A stretch of 64,000 nt of DNA from Felis catus (GCF_018350175.1 NC_058368.1:184328001-184392000); one strand, 5' to 3'; shown: positions 13,445 to 25,945, counted from the first letter of the stretch. The notes: generated by a model not told the origin, from the sequence alone. A program made the numbers and translations.

Positions 13445-13658
13445 GGGGCGCCTGGGTGGCGCAGTCGGTTAAGCGTCCGACTTCAGCCAGGTCACGATCT
13501 CGCGGTCCGTGAGTTCGAGCCCCGCGTCGGGCTCTGGGCTGATGGCTCGGAGCCTGGAGCCTGTTTCCGATGCTGTGTCTCCCTCTCTCTCTGCCCCTCT
13601 CCCGTTCATGTTCTGTCTCTCTCTGTCCCAAAAATAAATAAATGTTGAAAAAAAAAAA

Positions 13659-13680
<22 letters not shown>
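13445..13680 (+). mobile_element. Young SINEC_Fc
   Basis: Near-consensus ggggcgcctgggtggcgcagtcggttaagcgtccgacttcagccagg with CpGs intact; A12-T-A32 run; TSD (A)nGCC. Confidence 0.99.
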
Positions 13681-13693
<13 letters not shown>

Positions 13694-15360
13694 CCAATGT
13701 GTGGATTGGTGATTTCCAAAGATCAGTCCTGATGCCTTATCAAGTTTCCAAAGATCAGAGGCAAATCCAGAAAACAAAAACAAACAAACAAAACAAAACA
13801 AAAAAATTAGTTTGTTTGGTTAATGAAGATAAATTATCCTATAAAATGGTTAAGCTGGGATAATATCCTTCTCATTTTTTAGTGCTAAAAATACGTTCAT
13901 TTAAAATAAAAACAATAGCGATAGAAGATAATGGTTGTTTTCAAATATCATTGCTAGTTAAATCTATACAGTATCCCAAATTCCTCAACCTACTGTTGCC
14001 TGCTAACTCTTACTGTCTGATTCTAAAGAAGGGACGTCCCAAAGAATATTCCTGATGGACGGAGGGGAAGCAGAAAAAAGGGGAATGTTACTTTTCTGGC
14101 ACAGGCACTTACTTCTAAGTACAGAGTGCAGTTCTGAAGGGGCAGGAGAGAAGTACTTGCATTTTGTCTTTGGCAGTTTCATTATGTTGTCAATTATTAC
14201 AGTGCAATGTTCTAATAGGAATTTCATCATGCATTCAAATTGGAGAGAGGATTCATTTAGCCACCACAACAAATTGAGCTCAGCAGGCTTCATTTCAGGA
14301 ACTTCTGCGGTGTCAAGTGGTCAGTCCTTCAGTTTTAATTTCTAAATATATGAGATGCAAATTGCATGATCTTTTCTCCTCTGATAGTCAAAGCAAATGG
14401 CTCCAATTACATCCTAACATACCCTTAACTGGGAAGTAAATAACATTATCAGCTTGGGATGTGGTAGGATGAATCACAAAGAAAAGATTAATTATCTTGT
14501 AAAGGTATTGTATTATCTTAATTGTTCACATCACTCAAGCTTTTCTAATTAGAAAAGTAAATACCAGCCTAGGCAGGTTTTGCCCTTGCACAGTGAAAAA
14601 AAGGCTAAACATTTACATGAATTATACCTTTTCAAATATTTAAACTTGATAAGGCCAACCATCAGTTTATACCAGTTTTACTGTCATCCAAATTCACAAA
14701 GGTCAATTGCAGTTCTTTTATAAAAAGTTAAAGAATAACAGTCTCCTATTAAATAACATAAATATTCCAGTGCATTGATTGCTCCTAGCAAGCCTACCAG
14801 CCCACACCCCTATACTCTACGATTGTTTAGTGGTTTCCAAATTCTAAGATGCTTTCTCTATCAAATCTATTCCCTGTGTCCTTTTAGCCTAGTGGTCCAT
14901 TCGAAAACAGGTAGATTATGCACAAGCCCTCTCTTTTCTTCCTTCAAGCAGCAGCTATCATTTCTTGTACAGAACATTTCCCATTCCATCTCCCTGATTA
15001 ATGCTTTGTCCCTGGATAAATTTAGTACTGTTAAACAATCAGAATCAGAGCCTATCTCCCAGAGTTCTAGCTTACCTGAGAGAAGTGCATCAGACACTCT
15101 TCATAAACTGAATCCCACTGTGAGCCATGTTCTCAGGCCACAGAGACACACAGAATGCTCCTAGCATTGTGACTATCTTTCTTGATAGAGTATCCAGCAT
15201 ACAGTAGGTACTCTGAAGTGTTGCTCCCTAGACCCGTTTCCTCTGTGTTGGCTTCTGGCCTTCATTTTGATGCAGTGCATTTTGATGCATTTTGATTCTA
15301 GTGTCTGAAGAATAAAGGCCATATGAATCTGCATATGAAACTGATTGTAAAACTAGTTCT

Positions 15361-15520
15361 ATCACCTTGGGCAGAGAGTTATGCCTCTTTCCTCTCCTAT
15401 AAAGTGAGATAAAAATAATACCAACCTGTTAGGGTGATTTTAAGGGATTAAATGATACCATGCATGGCATACACTTAGCTCAGTGCCAGGCACTTAAGTA
15501 CTGAGTAGTTGTTGGCTATA
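15361..15520 (+). mobile_element. MIR
   Basis: accttgggca...ctttcctctcctataaagtgagataa...ggattaaatgata...cagtgccaggcac. Confidence 0.75.
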
Positions 15521-16430
15521 TTCTATTTTACTACCATAATTTATAGCCTCTCTGCCAAAACTCAGTTTGAGAGTGGTTGCTGAGGTCAAAGTGAAAAATT
15601 CTTGTCATTTAAAAAGGTAATCTGAACTTGCCCACATACCAGTTGCTTCTCTAGGTCCTAATTCAGCTGTGTCTCTCTCGTTCTTACATCTTCAAAGTGG
15701 GATATTTTCAGAGGTCTGATGGGCTGTAACATACTGTTTCCGTAGCTGGTTTACCAACTCACTGATCTGCAGCATTTCACTTAGGGCTGTTCTCTTTCTG
15801 ACAGGAAGGCTTGAGGGAGATGATGATCTTAAATGCCAGGAGGATTTCCCATGTGGGCACAGGGGACTAACACTGTGAGCATCTGGGCATGTCATGCAGA
15901 GCAGCTTTTGAAGATTGTGAAACTCCATTTATGTGTTCAGTTAATGAACCCTTGGGCTTGAGCACAATGTACTGTAGAAAGGAAAAGGGGTTAATTCATC
16001 AGGAGCTTGATTTGTGGAACCAATTCTTCAGTCTGATTTACATTTACATTAGCAGGACATCTTTAACAGTGAGGGGGCTGTGGCATTGGATGAGATCATG
16101 GCTGACATGTAAAATTTTATGGGTATGGTCTCTTTGTATTCTCCATTTGTCTGGGAGCAAAAAACAAATAAACAAGAAAATAGATCCCTATTTGCCCTGA
16201 CAGATCTGTTCCTCTAATGTGGCCAAGAATTTTTCCCTCTATTTGTCTAAGTCTTCACTTTATCTTTAATGTTAAAATTTCCATCCAACCAAAATCACCC
16301 AATAGCCTTCCTTAATCTTCTCTCCTACCCCTTTGCTACTTATGATAAAAGTTAATTTCACTCCTTTGGAAACCAGGAGCAATCTCTTAAGAGCTTTGCT
16401 TATTTCTGGCCATTTGTTCATTGTTCACTT

Positions 16431-16652
16431 TGTTTTTTTTAATTTTTTAATATTTTTTTATTTTAGAGAGAGAGAAAAAAAAAGAGAGCATGCAAGTAGA
16501 GGAGAGGGGTGAGGTAGGGGGAGAGAGAAAGGGAGAATCTTAAGCAGGCTCAGCGGAGTCCAATGTGGTGCTCGATCCCATGACCCTGGGACCTTGACCT
16601 AAGCCAAAATCAAGAGTCAGAAGCTCAATCACTGAGCCATCCAGATGCGCCC
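16431..16652 (-). mobile_element. CanSINE
   Basis: T-rich tail, GA tract, ends actgagccatccagatgcgccc; TSD gttcactt. Confidence 0.93.
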
Positions 16653-16694
16653 ATGGTTCACTTCAAAATCAGGTCTTAAGTATATTAAGTTAGT

Positions 16695-16845
16695 ACTACC
16701 AAACCAGTTATTATGACCCTGAACAAATCACCTAACTTCAGTAAACCTTAGTTTACCCATCAGTAAAATGAGAATAATAATTCATACATCATATGATTGA
16801 TTTTAGAAATAAACAAAACTCATCTGTATGAAGTCCTTAGTGTGG
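16695..16845 (+). mobile_element. MIR
   Basis: tgaccctgaacaaatcacctaacttc...ccttagtttacccatcagtaaaatgagaataata. Confidence 0.75.
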
Positions 16846-16914
16846 GTTCCTTAATCAGAGTGCATTATATGAAATGATGCCAGGGAGAATGGTTCAAGAG
16901 ACTTAGATTGCTTG

Positions 16915-16915
<1 letters not shown>

Positions 16916-16958
<43 letters not shown>
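16916..16958. repeat. (CA)n microsatellite
   Basis: Seen directly. Confidence 0.97.
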
Positions 16959-16962
<4 letters not shown>

Positions 16963-18269
16963 CAAACACATCAAACTTTTCCCAATCTTGGGTTTCTGTT
17001 TCCTAAGGTTTCTCTCCTGAAGTCCCAAGCCAGGAGTGGACAAAGTGAGGCAACTTAGAAAAATAGTAGCATGATTCATGCCTCATACTGACTTAGAGTA
17101 CTGAGAAAAACAGCAATTGATCAGTACCAGGAGTATTCCTCTAGTGTTTAGGCTCAAGTTACCATGTGCATACCTAAGTATTATTTTCTCTTCGTGACCT
17201 CTGTCTTAACCTGCATTCTAAGTTCTTCAGAACTTTCCCAAAAGGTGGAGCAAAATGTATCTACACCCAAAATTACTGTTTACTCAGTTAGTGTTTTCCT
17301 TATTATGATGTCATTTCCATAAGGTGATGTCCGGTTCTCAGGCCGACCAAGAATGGAGTATGCTTCATCTAGCATACTAGTAGTGCCTAGTTCTTCTTAA
17401 TCAAATTTCCTGTGAGTTCTTGGCTATACTTATTCTTATTTTGAAAGGAAGCAAACCATTCCAAAGTACTGTCTCTATTCTCTTCACGTTTGGCATCTTC
17501 CCCTCCAAAGGACTGGAAGGCTAGAACAGTTTCTTCCAAAACTATTATACTAATTTCTGTAGGTTCAATAGTTAATCATTATATGTCCCTACTCTTTCTG
17601 TACTATAAAAATTCACTGATCAGTACTTCTCACTCAACATTTAGCATAATACATGACACCTAGCATGCTTTCAATAAACGACAGACAATATTACTATTGC
17701 CCTTCTGTTGCAGACATTATCCCAGGTATTGTTACTATCAAAGTGAAAACCTCAGTTCTTATTTGCAGACAGTTCATCTTCCTTTGGAATTTGTACTTAA
17801 GTCACATTTCCAATAATGATGGTGGCTTTTATGTAAGAACTCTTTTCTTTCCAATGTCCCTTGGATACAATGACAAGCATAACACAATCTGTAGCTAATG
17901 CTATTGGGATGATACTTACAACCTATGATCTAAGCTCCAGCAGTCAAATTTTTTGAGAACTCTACCCATTATTTCTCTCCTTAGCTCAAAGCATGTTAAA
18001 TATTACTTGCAAATCAAAGAGGTAGCATCCATTATAAACTTAAACCATCAAACAAGGGAGTCCATGGGGCTGAGGGGCAGGTACCCAGTCATATTGCTGC
18101 CAACAGGTCAAATATTTGTTCCACTTTTCTACATGAAGATAACTGTAGCTTAAAATAAATATTAAAGTATTGCAAAGTCAAGTTTTTATATAAGAAATAT
18201 TCTTTAATGTTTGAAAATGAGCATTACCCACTCAAGATGAATGTCAAATAGCCTAGAAAAGTAAGTATG

Positions 18270-18400
18270 ACTAATTTCACCACACTGAAATGTCCTTGAG
18301 AGGGAGGCTCATGTCTGCCTTGCTTACTGTTTTAATCCCATTGTCTAACACAATGCTTGACACAGAATCTAGGCTCAATAAATATTTATTAAACAAATAA
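18270..18400 (+). mobile_element. L2 3' end
   Basis: tccttgagagggagg...cacaatgcttgacacag...gctcaataaatatttattaaac. Confidence 0.75.
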
Positions 18401-18428
18401 ATTCTTGCCATTAATTTACCACCTAAAT

Positions 18429-18660
18429 GGGACACCTGGATGATTCAGTGGGTTAAGTGTCCAACTCTTGATTTTGGCTCAGGTCATGACCTTGTGGTTC
18501 ATGAGATCGAGCCCCACATCAGGCTCTGTGCTGAGCATGGAGTCTGCTTAGGATTTTCTCTCTCCTCTCTCTCCCTGCCTTCCCCCACTCAGTTGCACAT
18601 GTGTCCACACACACATGCACATTCTCTTTTTCAAAAATAAATAAATGAACATTAAAAAAT
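18429..18660 (+). mobile_element. CanSINE (older subfamily)
   Basis: gggacacctggatgattcagtgggttaagtgtccaactcttgattttggctcagg head; aataaataaatgaacattaaaa tail. Confidence 0.95.
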
Positions 18661-19019
18661 TTTACTGCCTAGGCAAAAACATGTGGGTAGCAAGAAAATT
18701 TAAAAGCAGTAGGAAATTTATCTGCAAGATTAACAAAAGGCCATTCTGAACACAATGGCAAAAAGCAAGATTAAATCAAAATAAGAATAAACTTACTGTC
18801 ACCCTCCATAAATTCATATTTTTTTGTTTGTCTCCAGTGAATGGTAATCCCCCCCCCCAAGTTTGCAGGTATTAGCCAATGAAGAAAAAAAACTGAAATG
18901 CTGACTTTGTAAGATTTCATAAAGTTGGGAGAGTTCCTCTGCCTTAGTTCTTTAAGTTAATGAAATCTTGTTCAAACCCATCCACCAAACCTTCATTCAA
19001 ATGTCACTTTCCTGATTGC

Positions 19020-19135
19020 TTTTGTTACGTGCCATTGAGTCATGGAGATTTCACGGCTGACTCATACGGTGGCAAGGTGATAAATCATAACTACCAAATA
19101 ACGTCACAGAAATTACAAATGATAGACGGCATTTC
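19020..19135. promoter_or_regulatory. Candidate enhancer: AP-1/ARE/CRE motif cluster
   Basis: TGAGTCA 19036-19042, GCTGACTCAT 19056-19065, TACGTG 19026-19031, ACGTCA 19101-19106; five CpGs in ~100 bp of non-repeat sequence. Confidence 0.4.
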
Positions 19136-21762
19136 AGAAGACTGCCTGTGGGAAACCAGGTATTTATTTTCACTTTGTACCAATTTCTAAATAGCCTACC
19201 CTTGGCAGTGGGACTTGTCAGAAAGGTAAGAAGTTATTGCTAGCTCACTGCTATTCAGGCATGTAGGAAGGACTTGTTAAAAGTAGAAAATTTAGCTCTT
19301 TTGTTCTAGCATATTAAAATTGAAGTTGGGAAGCATAAATTTGAAAAGAAAGTAAAAACAATATGAAGTTCATGCTTTTGGTGAGGAAGACTAATTGTTG
19401 CCCCTTTTTTAAGGGATGCTCCACATATTTTCTTCAGCAAAATGAGAAAAAAATGGAATAAAATAGAAACTTTTCTTCCATGAATAAAGCTGTGCTTTAC
19501 ATGAATTCTCACTTCAGACTCAGTTTATCTTAGTATTAGTTTACTATAATCTGAGAAATGTACATACATTCTGGAATAGCTTCAAGTAAGACACAGATGT
19601 TAGACACAAACACCAGCTTTTAAATGCCTAATTAAGACTATTAACTAGTATGTCTCAAGTGAGCATTTGGTTATAAGTTTTATGTAGTAACTCAGCCTAT
19701 AATAATATTCTCTACATCTATAGTTTCCATAATTGTATTTAACCTGATAAAATTATTTTATTTAAGAGAACATGGCTGTGCCTTCCAAGAAAAATTAGTA
19801 AAATTTCAAAATTTGTAAAATTCCAAAATTATATTGAATGCCTTATAACCTGATATTATAAATGTATTTAAGGATACACAGTATCAAGGGATAATTTCAA
19901 GAACAAACAAGCAGATCTGTAGGTCTTTACCATTATCCTCATATAATTTTGGAAAGTTGGGCTTGTGTGTATTTTAAAACAAGGAAATTTTGCATTAGTT
20001 TTGTTGTTGTTCATTAGATTTTGTTGTTGTTTATTGGGTTTGCCACAAATCTGTTTTTTGTTTCTAACATAAAGTTTTAGAAATGTGTGGGGTTAATAAT
20101 GTGTGAAATAACACATTTTTCACCCAGAAATCACATGCACTATAGATTCTCATCTTTGAAAACACTGGACAGGAAAAGTCAAACTAGGAAGCTTGAAATA
20201 CAAACTATGCCACTTCACCTCTGCGAAACTCACAACCTTTTGAGAATGGAGGAAAACAAGGAAGAAGTGAGCTCTTTACTAAGAATATCTAATTAAAGCC
20301 ACCTGAAGTTTTTACAGGAATATAACTATCTCTGGTGGACGTTTAGAGGAATATAGGCATATACAAATTCCCATTCTCTTAAGAATTGTGCCAAGAAAGA
20401 AAAGCTGAGAAGGCATCTTCTTCAAAATTCTGAAGGGAAACTAGCCTTTAAGTAGGCACTTTTGGTGCACTATGCATTAAAGTGTTTTAATAGCGTCCAT
20501 TTATCATTTTAACAGCAAGCATTTACTAAAAGGTGTATGACCAGGTGCAAAGAAGAAAGCACATGATGTATCCTGAGGCTTAAATTTTCAAAAGACAATG
20601 TGAACTCATGTCAGAAATGGGAAATGCTGTCCTTTTCTTTTCATTTGCCTAAAGCACGTGATTTTCAAGTCCTAGCTCTATGGGTTACAAAACTTTTGAT
20701 CAGAACACAATCAATGGTCTTTTGTATGAGGAAATGATTGAAATAAAACCCAATCACTTCAAGTTAGTTCAAGGTTATACTGGGAACCTTCTGTTAGCCA
20801 TGGCAACATAGTAAATGTAGTGATGATAATAACAGATGCTGTTAGGAAAAATTAGAGTTTACTTACTGCTTTCACATACATAATCTGAGGTGCTTTCCTA
20901 ACAACCTTGCTATATAGACCTTATCCTCCTTTGACACAGGCAGCCCACAGAAGGCTAAGCTCACATGTTGCCCACTTGGTGTATAGAACATACTCAAATT
21001 GTCCCACCCCAGCATATAAAGGCATTTAAAAACCCTTGAAATCTGTGGTCCCATCAATAAATTTCATCAAAACTTCTCAAAATCTGCTTTCCTCCAAAAC
21101 TCCTGGGCATTAATAGTATCCTATACATCATATATTTATTATAATAGGACTGTACTTCTGAATACATAAATTATCTCTTTTCTTCCATCATACCTACACA
21201 CTGACCCTATAAAAGTATATTAGTGTCATGCTCGCAACAGGTCTTCTGCTTACAGCCAATGGAAGTGATTCTTCTAGACTTACTTTATATTCTGGTGAAG
21301 AGTTTTGACTCAGGTATCAACGTTCAAGAGATATATAATAGTTGGCCCCTTGGCACACATAAAAGAATATCACATATTTTGGAATACAAGGTTTATAGCA
21401 GCTCAAAGAGTTTTTGAGGAAATGGTGAAAGGACAAATAGCAAATATCTTCAGACAGGGATTGATGGAAATAAAAAATATAGATGTCTCATTAAGTACTA
21501 ATTGAGTTTGGGAGAGTTAACCAATATTTAATTCAGTGATTAATGTAAGAAAATGAAACTAGAAACTGTATATGACTTCAGAGTTATTATCAATGAGGAG
21601 CACCAAAAATGCATTTTTGTATTTTCCAATGTCCTCTGGTCAAAACACAATTCCTAGGAGGCTTTTATGGGTTCCTATTTGCTGATCCCAATCTATTGTG
21701 TAAGGCAACATAACTACTCTGGATGTTTTTTTGTTTTTTTGTTTTTTAGAGCAAGGGATACA

Positions 21763-21983
21763 TTTCTTTCTTTCTTTTTTTTAACGTTTATTCATTTTTG
21801 AGAGACAGAGACAGAGAGTGAATGGGCGAGGGGCAGAAAAAGAGCGAGACAAAGAATCCAAAGCAGGCTCCAGGCTCTGAGCTGTCAGCACAAAGCCTGA
21901 CGCGGGGCTCAAACTCACAGACCATGAGATCACGATCTGAGCCAAAGTCAAACACTCAACCGACCGAACCACCCAGGCACCCC
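21763..21983 (-). mobile_element. CanSINE (felid type)
   Basis: ttaacgtttattcatttttgagagacagag ... ccacccaggcacccc. Confidence 0.97.
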
Positions 21984-21994
21984 TGTTTTGTTTT

Positions 21995-22160
21995 TTCAGT
22001 TTTTGAAGAGCCAGATGGTAAATATTTCAGACTTGTGAGCCAGATCTCTGTTACGGTTGTTCAATTCTGCCATTATTGGAGGAAAGAAACAAAGGCCATA
22101 CTTACATTAATAGGTGTGGGTGTGTTCCAATAAAACTTTATTTATAAAATAGAAGCACTG
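21995..22160. mobile_element. MER58A-like hAT-Charlie MITE
   Basis: gagccagatggtaaatatttcagacttgtgagcc ... gtgtgttccaataaaactttatttataaaa. Confidence 0.85.
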
Positions 22161-22650
22161 GTAACTCTTGCTTTAGATTATGATTGTTAGTGTTGTTTTG
22201 GTTTGTTTTCTTTCTGTGATGCTCACTATTCAGAATCTGTACAGTAAAACAGTTTCTGAACTGCTCCCATTTATTTTTCCTTCTGAAGAGTCAGGTGAGG
22301 ACAGGCAGACCTCAAATACTGCATAATAGCTTGTCTTTTGTCATTTTCTTTTACACTTGAGTGACCCAAGGCCAGTGTGAAACAGACACTCTTAGAGTCT
22401 AAAAGTGGATCTTTGACTTCAGGACTCCTGTTCTTCACTTTGGGCATGTAAAATTTATTTTTTTGAACCTCTACAACTTGCTTTCTTGTTCTTGGAGCTC
22501 CTGTAACTGCAAATACCTATTTGATGGTCCCTTGAGACTATTCTGGACATAGGTCAACCAATTTCTATAAAGGAGTTAATAGACGATATCATCTGGTATT
22601 ATACATGTGAGTTTATTATCAGAAGAAGACTCCCAAGACTGAAATGTCTT

Positions 22651-22848
22651 TTTTTAAGGTTTATTTATTTATTTTGAGAGAGAGAGAGCTTGAGTGTAGG
22701 AGGGGCAAAGAGAAAGAAAGACAGAGAATCCCAAGCAGACCCTACACTGTCAGCATGGAGCCCAACGTGGGGTATGAAAACTGTGAGATTGTGACCTGCG
22801 CTGAAACCAAGAGTCAGACACTTAACCGACTGAGCCACCCAGATGCCC
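22651..22848 (-). mobile_element. CanSINE
   Basis: Full antisense body; TSD tgaaatgtctt at 22640-22650 and 22850-22860. Confidence 0.96.
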
Positions 22849-23724
22849 ATGAAATGTCTTGAATAAACAGAGGAGAACATCTCTGTATATTGAATATAGC
22901 ATGTCAGGCCTTAGACAAGAGTGTCCAAGAGAAGGATACATATCCAGTCAAACTTTGAAGGCCTTCTTTACCTACTCACAGGCAATGTTAGAAAACATTT
23001 TTCTCCTCTTTTCTATCATATTTTAGCATTTGCAGCTGGCATAATGTAACCATGTGTCATTCCACTGTTTCCACTGCCTTTGGAAATTGGAGGCTGTAAT
23101 TAAGGTCTCTGACTCAGCACTGGAGAACTTTAGTGACTCTTTTCATGACCCAGGCATAAAATAAAGTACATATTCCTCCTTCTACCCCTATCTAGCCTTG
23201 TCCTGATCTTTGTCACTAAGATTCCAACTCACAAAATTCTGTTTTTCGTATGAAATGTCCTATATCAGAAGGGAGAAAAAAAACAATATGGGAGGCAGTA
23301 CAGAGAGTAATTTTATTTATTCTCTGGTCTGACTATATGTTGCTAAGAATGGAAAATTTTATAGAAGAGGGGGAACAGAGGTGATGGAAGATACCAGCAT
23401 CATATTGATAAGCCTGGTTGTCTAAGAATTGTGGATACAGGAGATAAAAAAGAAATGTATGCTTCTGTTAAATACTGTTAACTCAAATGTGTAATTCCCA
23501 CACCCAGATGCAGCTGCTGCTTCTTGGCTGGAAAAATAGAAGTCAGAATACATGTATTGGGACAGCTAAAGAGTCCAGAAATTTAAAGCCACAAAAAAAA
23601 ATTCCTTCCATATTCTACTTACACATTCAGAAACAGATGTGCACCTCTCTGCACTCCATGTTTTTAAACACAAATAAGAAAGCTGCCAGACAAGGACACG
23701 GACCCAAACTAAAAAGTCATTTCC

Positions 23725-23815
23725 CAGCAAGTGACGCAGCAATCTCTACTTTGACTTTGACTTTAGCTCCACAGCTGTGGTGAAACTCACATTATGACTG
23801 CGGGAAGGAAATTGT
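23725..23815. promoter_or_regulatory. Candidate enhancer: ARE, E-box and RUNX motifs
   Basis: GTGACGCAGCA 23731-23741; palindrome CCACAGCTGTGG 23769-23780 overlapping TGTGGT. Confidence 0.3.
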
Positions 23816-24124
23816 TCCCAGGTGAGAAGTAAATTATCTGGCTTGGCACAAAAATGTTGAAAAGGCAAATTCCACCTGCTTTTCTCTAGGCAAGATATTT
23901 TTGTTCAAATATATCCCTGCCACCTAGTCAAGCACTTGCCCACATGTCCAATTTACATCCCAATTCTGCAAATGATTCCAATTTTGCAATCTGTATACAC
24001 ATAGCATATTTGTGTGTGGAAATACACAGAGAACGTAAGGGCTAAAGCGCATGCTTTCTAATTCACTAAAGAGGGAGTTTTAAGAAACCTCAAATATGGT
24101 TATCTTAATTTACTGATTGATCCA

Positions 24125-24290
24125 TTAATTCATTTCATTTTTCATTCAACAAATATTTCTTGAGTGCCTATTTTGTACCAGGCACTGTTTTAAGCTCTGG
24201 GACACAGCAGTCACAGACAAGGTCAATGCACTTGTTCTCATGCAAGAAGAAAAACAATGAATAAGTAAACAATACATGAATTAGACATAT
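24125..24290 (-). mobile_element. L2 3' end
   Basis: cattcaacaaatatttcttgagtgcctattttgtaccaggcactgttttaagctctgggacacagcag. Confidence 0.85.
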
Positions 24291-24594
24291 GCATTCTTAT
24301 TCATTTCATACATAGCTGGTATACAGTATCTGAGAAAACTGTTCTAAGGCCCTACGATGATAAAAGAGATGAGGAAGAGGGTATTATGACTTCTGCCTTA
24401 AAGAAACACAGAATTTTATGGGCGTGGCAAGCTTTCAAGCCATATACTTTAATAATAAACATAACTTTTTAAGTTCTATAATAAAGATACAATAGAAACG
24501 TTGGTAGAACACTAAAGAAAGAGCAGATACTCTGATAAGCAACAAGGTTACTTGCATTTTTTATATAGAAAAATACTGAAAAAAGGTGACGATA

Positions 24595-24831
24595 ACAATG
24601 ATGGTGACAGCTAATATTCCATGCAGTGCTCACTTCCCGTCATGCACTGTTATAGGTACTTTACATATGTGAACTCTTTCAATCGTTGTCACCCCAAGAT
24701 ATTAACATTTTCCTATACTAATTATTATACATACTGACAGTGAGGCATGGAGATATTAAGTAAGTCACTCAAGGTCACAGATGTTGTGTGTAAAGAGGCT
24801 AGGATTTGAACCAGGTAGATTGGATCTGCAG

Positions 24832-24834
<3 letters not shown>
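24595..24834 (-). mobile_element. MIR, interrupted by the following SINE
   Basis: gtgaggcatggagatattaagtaagtcactcaaggtcacag...ggatttgaacc. Confidence 0.8.
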
Positions 24835-24883
<49 letters not shown>

Positions 24884-24930
24884 AATTTATTTATTTATTT
24901 TGAAAGAGCACAAGCAAGGGAGGAACAGAA

Positions 24931-24981
<51 letters not shown>

Positions 24982-25103
24982 ATCCCAAGCAGGTTCCACA
25001 CTGTCAGTGCAGAGTCCGATGTGGGACTCGATCCCATAACCATGAGATCATTACCTGAGTCCTGAGATGAAATTGAGAGTTGGACACTTCACCCAGGCAC
25101 CCC
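24835..25103 (-). mobile_element. CanSINE with (TG)n at its tail and an internal (GA)n
   Basis: Antisense body ending cacccaggcacccc; degenerate TSD tgcagtccgtgt / tggagtccatgt. Confidence 0.93.
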
Positions 25104-25770
25104 TGGAGTCCATGTTCTTAAACACAGCTCAATACAGTCTTCCATAGTAAAAGAAATTTCAGCAGGTAAAAAATAATAATCCAGCCTGCCAACACAGCAT
25201 AACAAAAGGCACAAAGGCTTGAAGATTCTAAGCATGTTGGAGAGGAGGGATTTGGTTAACTGGATGGATAACTGGAAATCAGAGGAATGTAGTAAGATTT
25301 GAGTCTGGAAAAGAAGGAACCAATTGTGGGACTCATGAAGGCCATGCAAAGTAAATTTATTACTTGGGATGGCAATGGGGAATAATCGCAAGTGTCTGAA
25401 GATGAAAGCACACTACTATTAAGAAGAGGATTATCATGATGCATTCTTGCTATAACCTGATCCATGTGCTAGGTGATTTATGTATATTATTTCTAATTCT
25501 CATAAAATGCTACAAACTATTGGCACAACTTTGGAGATGAGAAAACTAAAGCTTACTGCTGATATGAGGCAAGGCTAGGATTTGCATCCACATAATTTAG
25601 ACAACTGCATCAATTCCTTTAATTCCTATAAATCTAGATTTGGTGCAGTGGTTTTGGGGCGGTAATGAAAATGCTGAGAGATTATAGGCAAGGAGTCCAA
25701 AAGCATACTTATTACTCTATATTGTTTTACTTTATGGGTTTTAAAAGCCCATTGTTAAATACCAACAGTG

Positions 25771-25890
25771 TGGGATGCCTGGCTGGCTTAGTTGGTAGAC
25801 CATGTGACTCTTGATCTCAGGGTTTTGAGTTCAAGTCCCACGTTAAATGTAGAGATTAATTAAAAATAAAAAATAAATAAACTTAAAAAC
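25771..25890 (+). mobile_element. Short CanSINE subfamily lacking the CT tract
   Basis: gggatgcctggctggcttagttggtagaccatgtgactcttgatctcaggg...gtagagattaattaaaaataaa. Confidence 0.9.
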
Positions 25891-25945
25891 AAACAAACAA
25901 ACGTGTGTTTACATTGCTCCTTCATTACATTGCAATTTCATTTTT

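Noticed and set aside
13445..13530. tRNA-like A and B boxes
   Set aside because: Head of a tRNA-derived SINE; followed by SINE body, CT tract, A tail and TSD, so not a tRNA gene.
13428..13801. ORFs of 89 and 110 aa resembling database 'hypothetical' cat proteins
   Set aside because: Antisense translations of SINEC_Fc; the same applies to the other SINE-overlapping ORFs (AQVMISRF..., SLEPASDSVSPS...).
14775..15164. 129-aa ORF
   Set aside because: TTG start, no recognisable homology, no convincing splice sites.
15262..15296. cattttgatgca repeated about three times
   Set aside because: Ordinary short slippage duplication; not a CRISPR-like or structured array.
21305..21505. Protein-like 66-aa ORF (EYHIFWNTRFIAAQRVFEEMVKG...)
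   Set aside because: TTG start, no family recognised, no flanking splice signals, poly(A) or TSD to support an exon or retrocopy.
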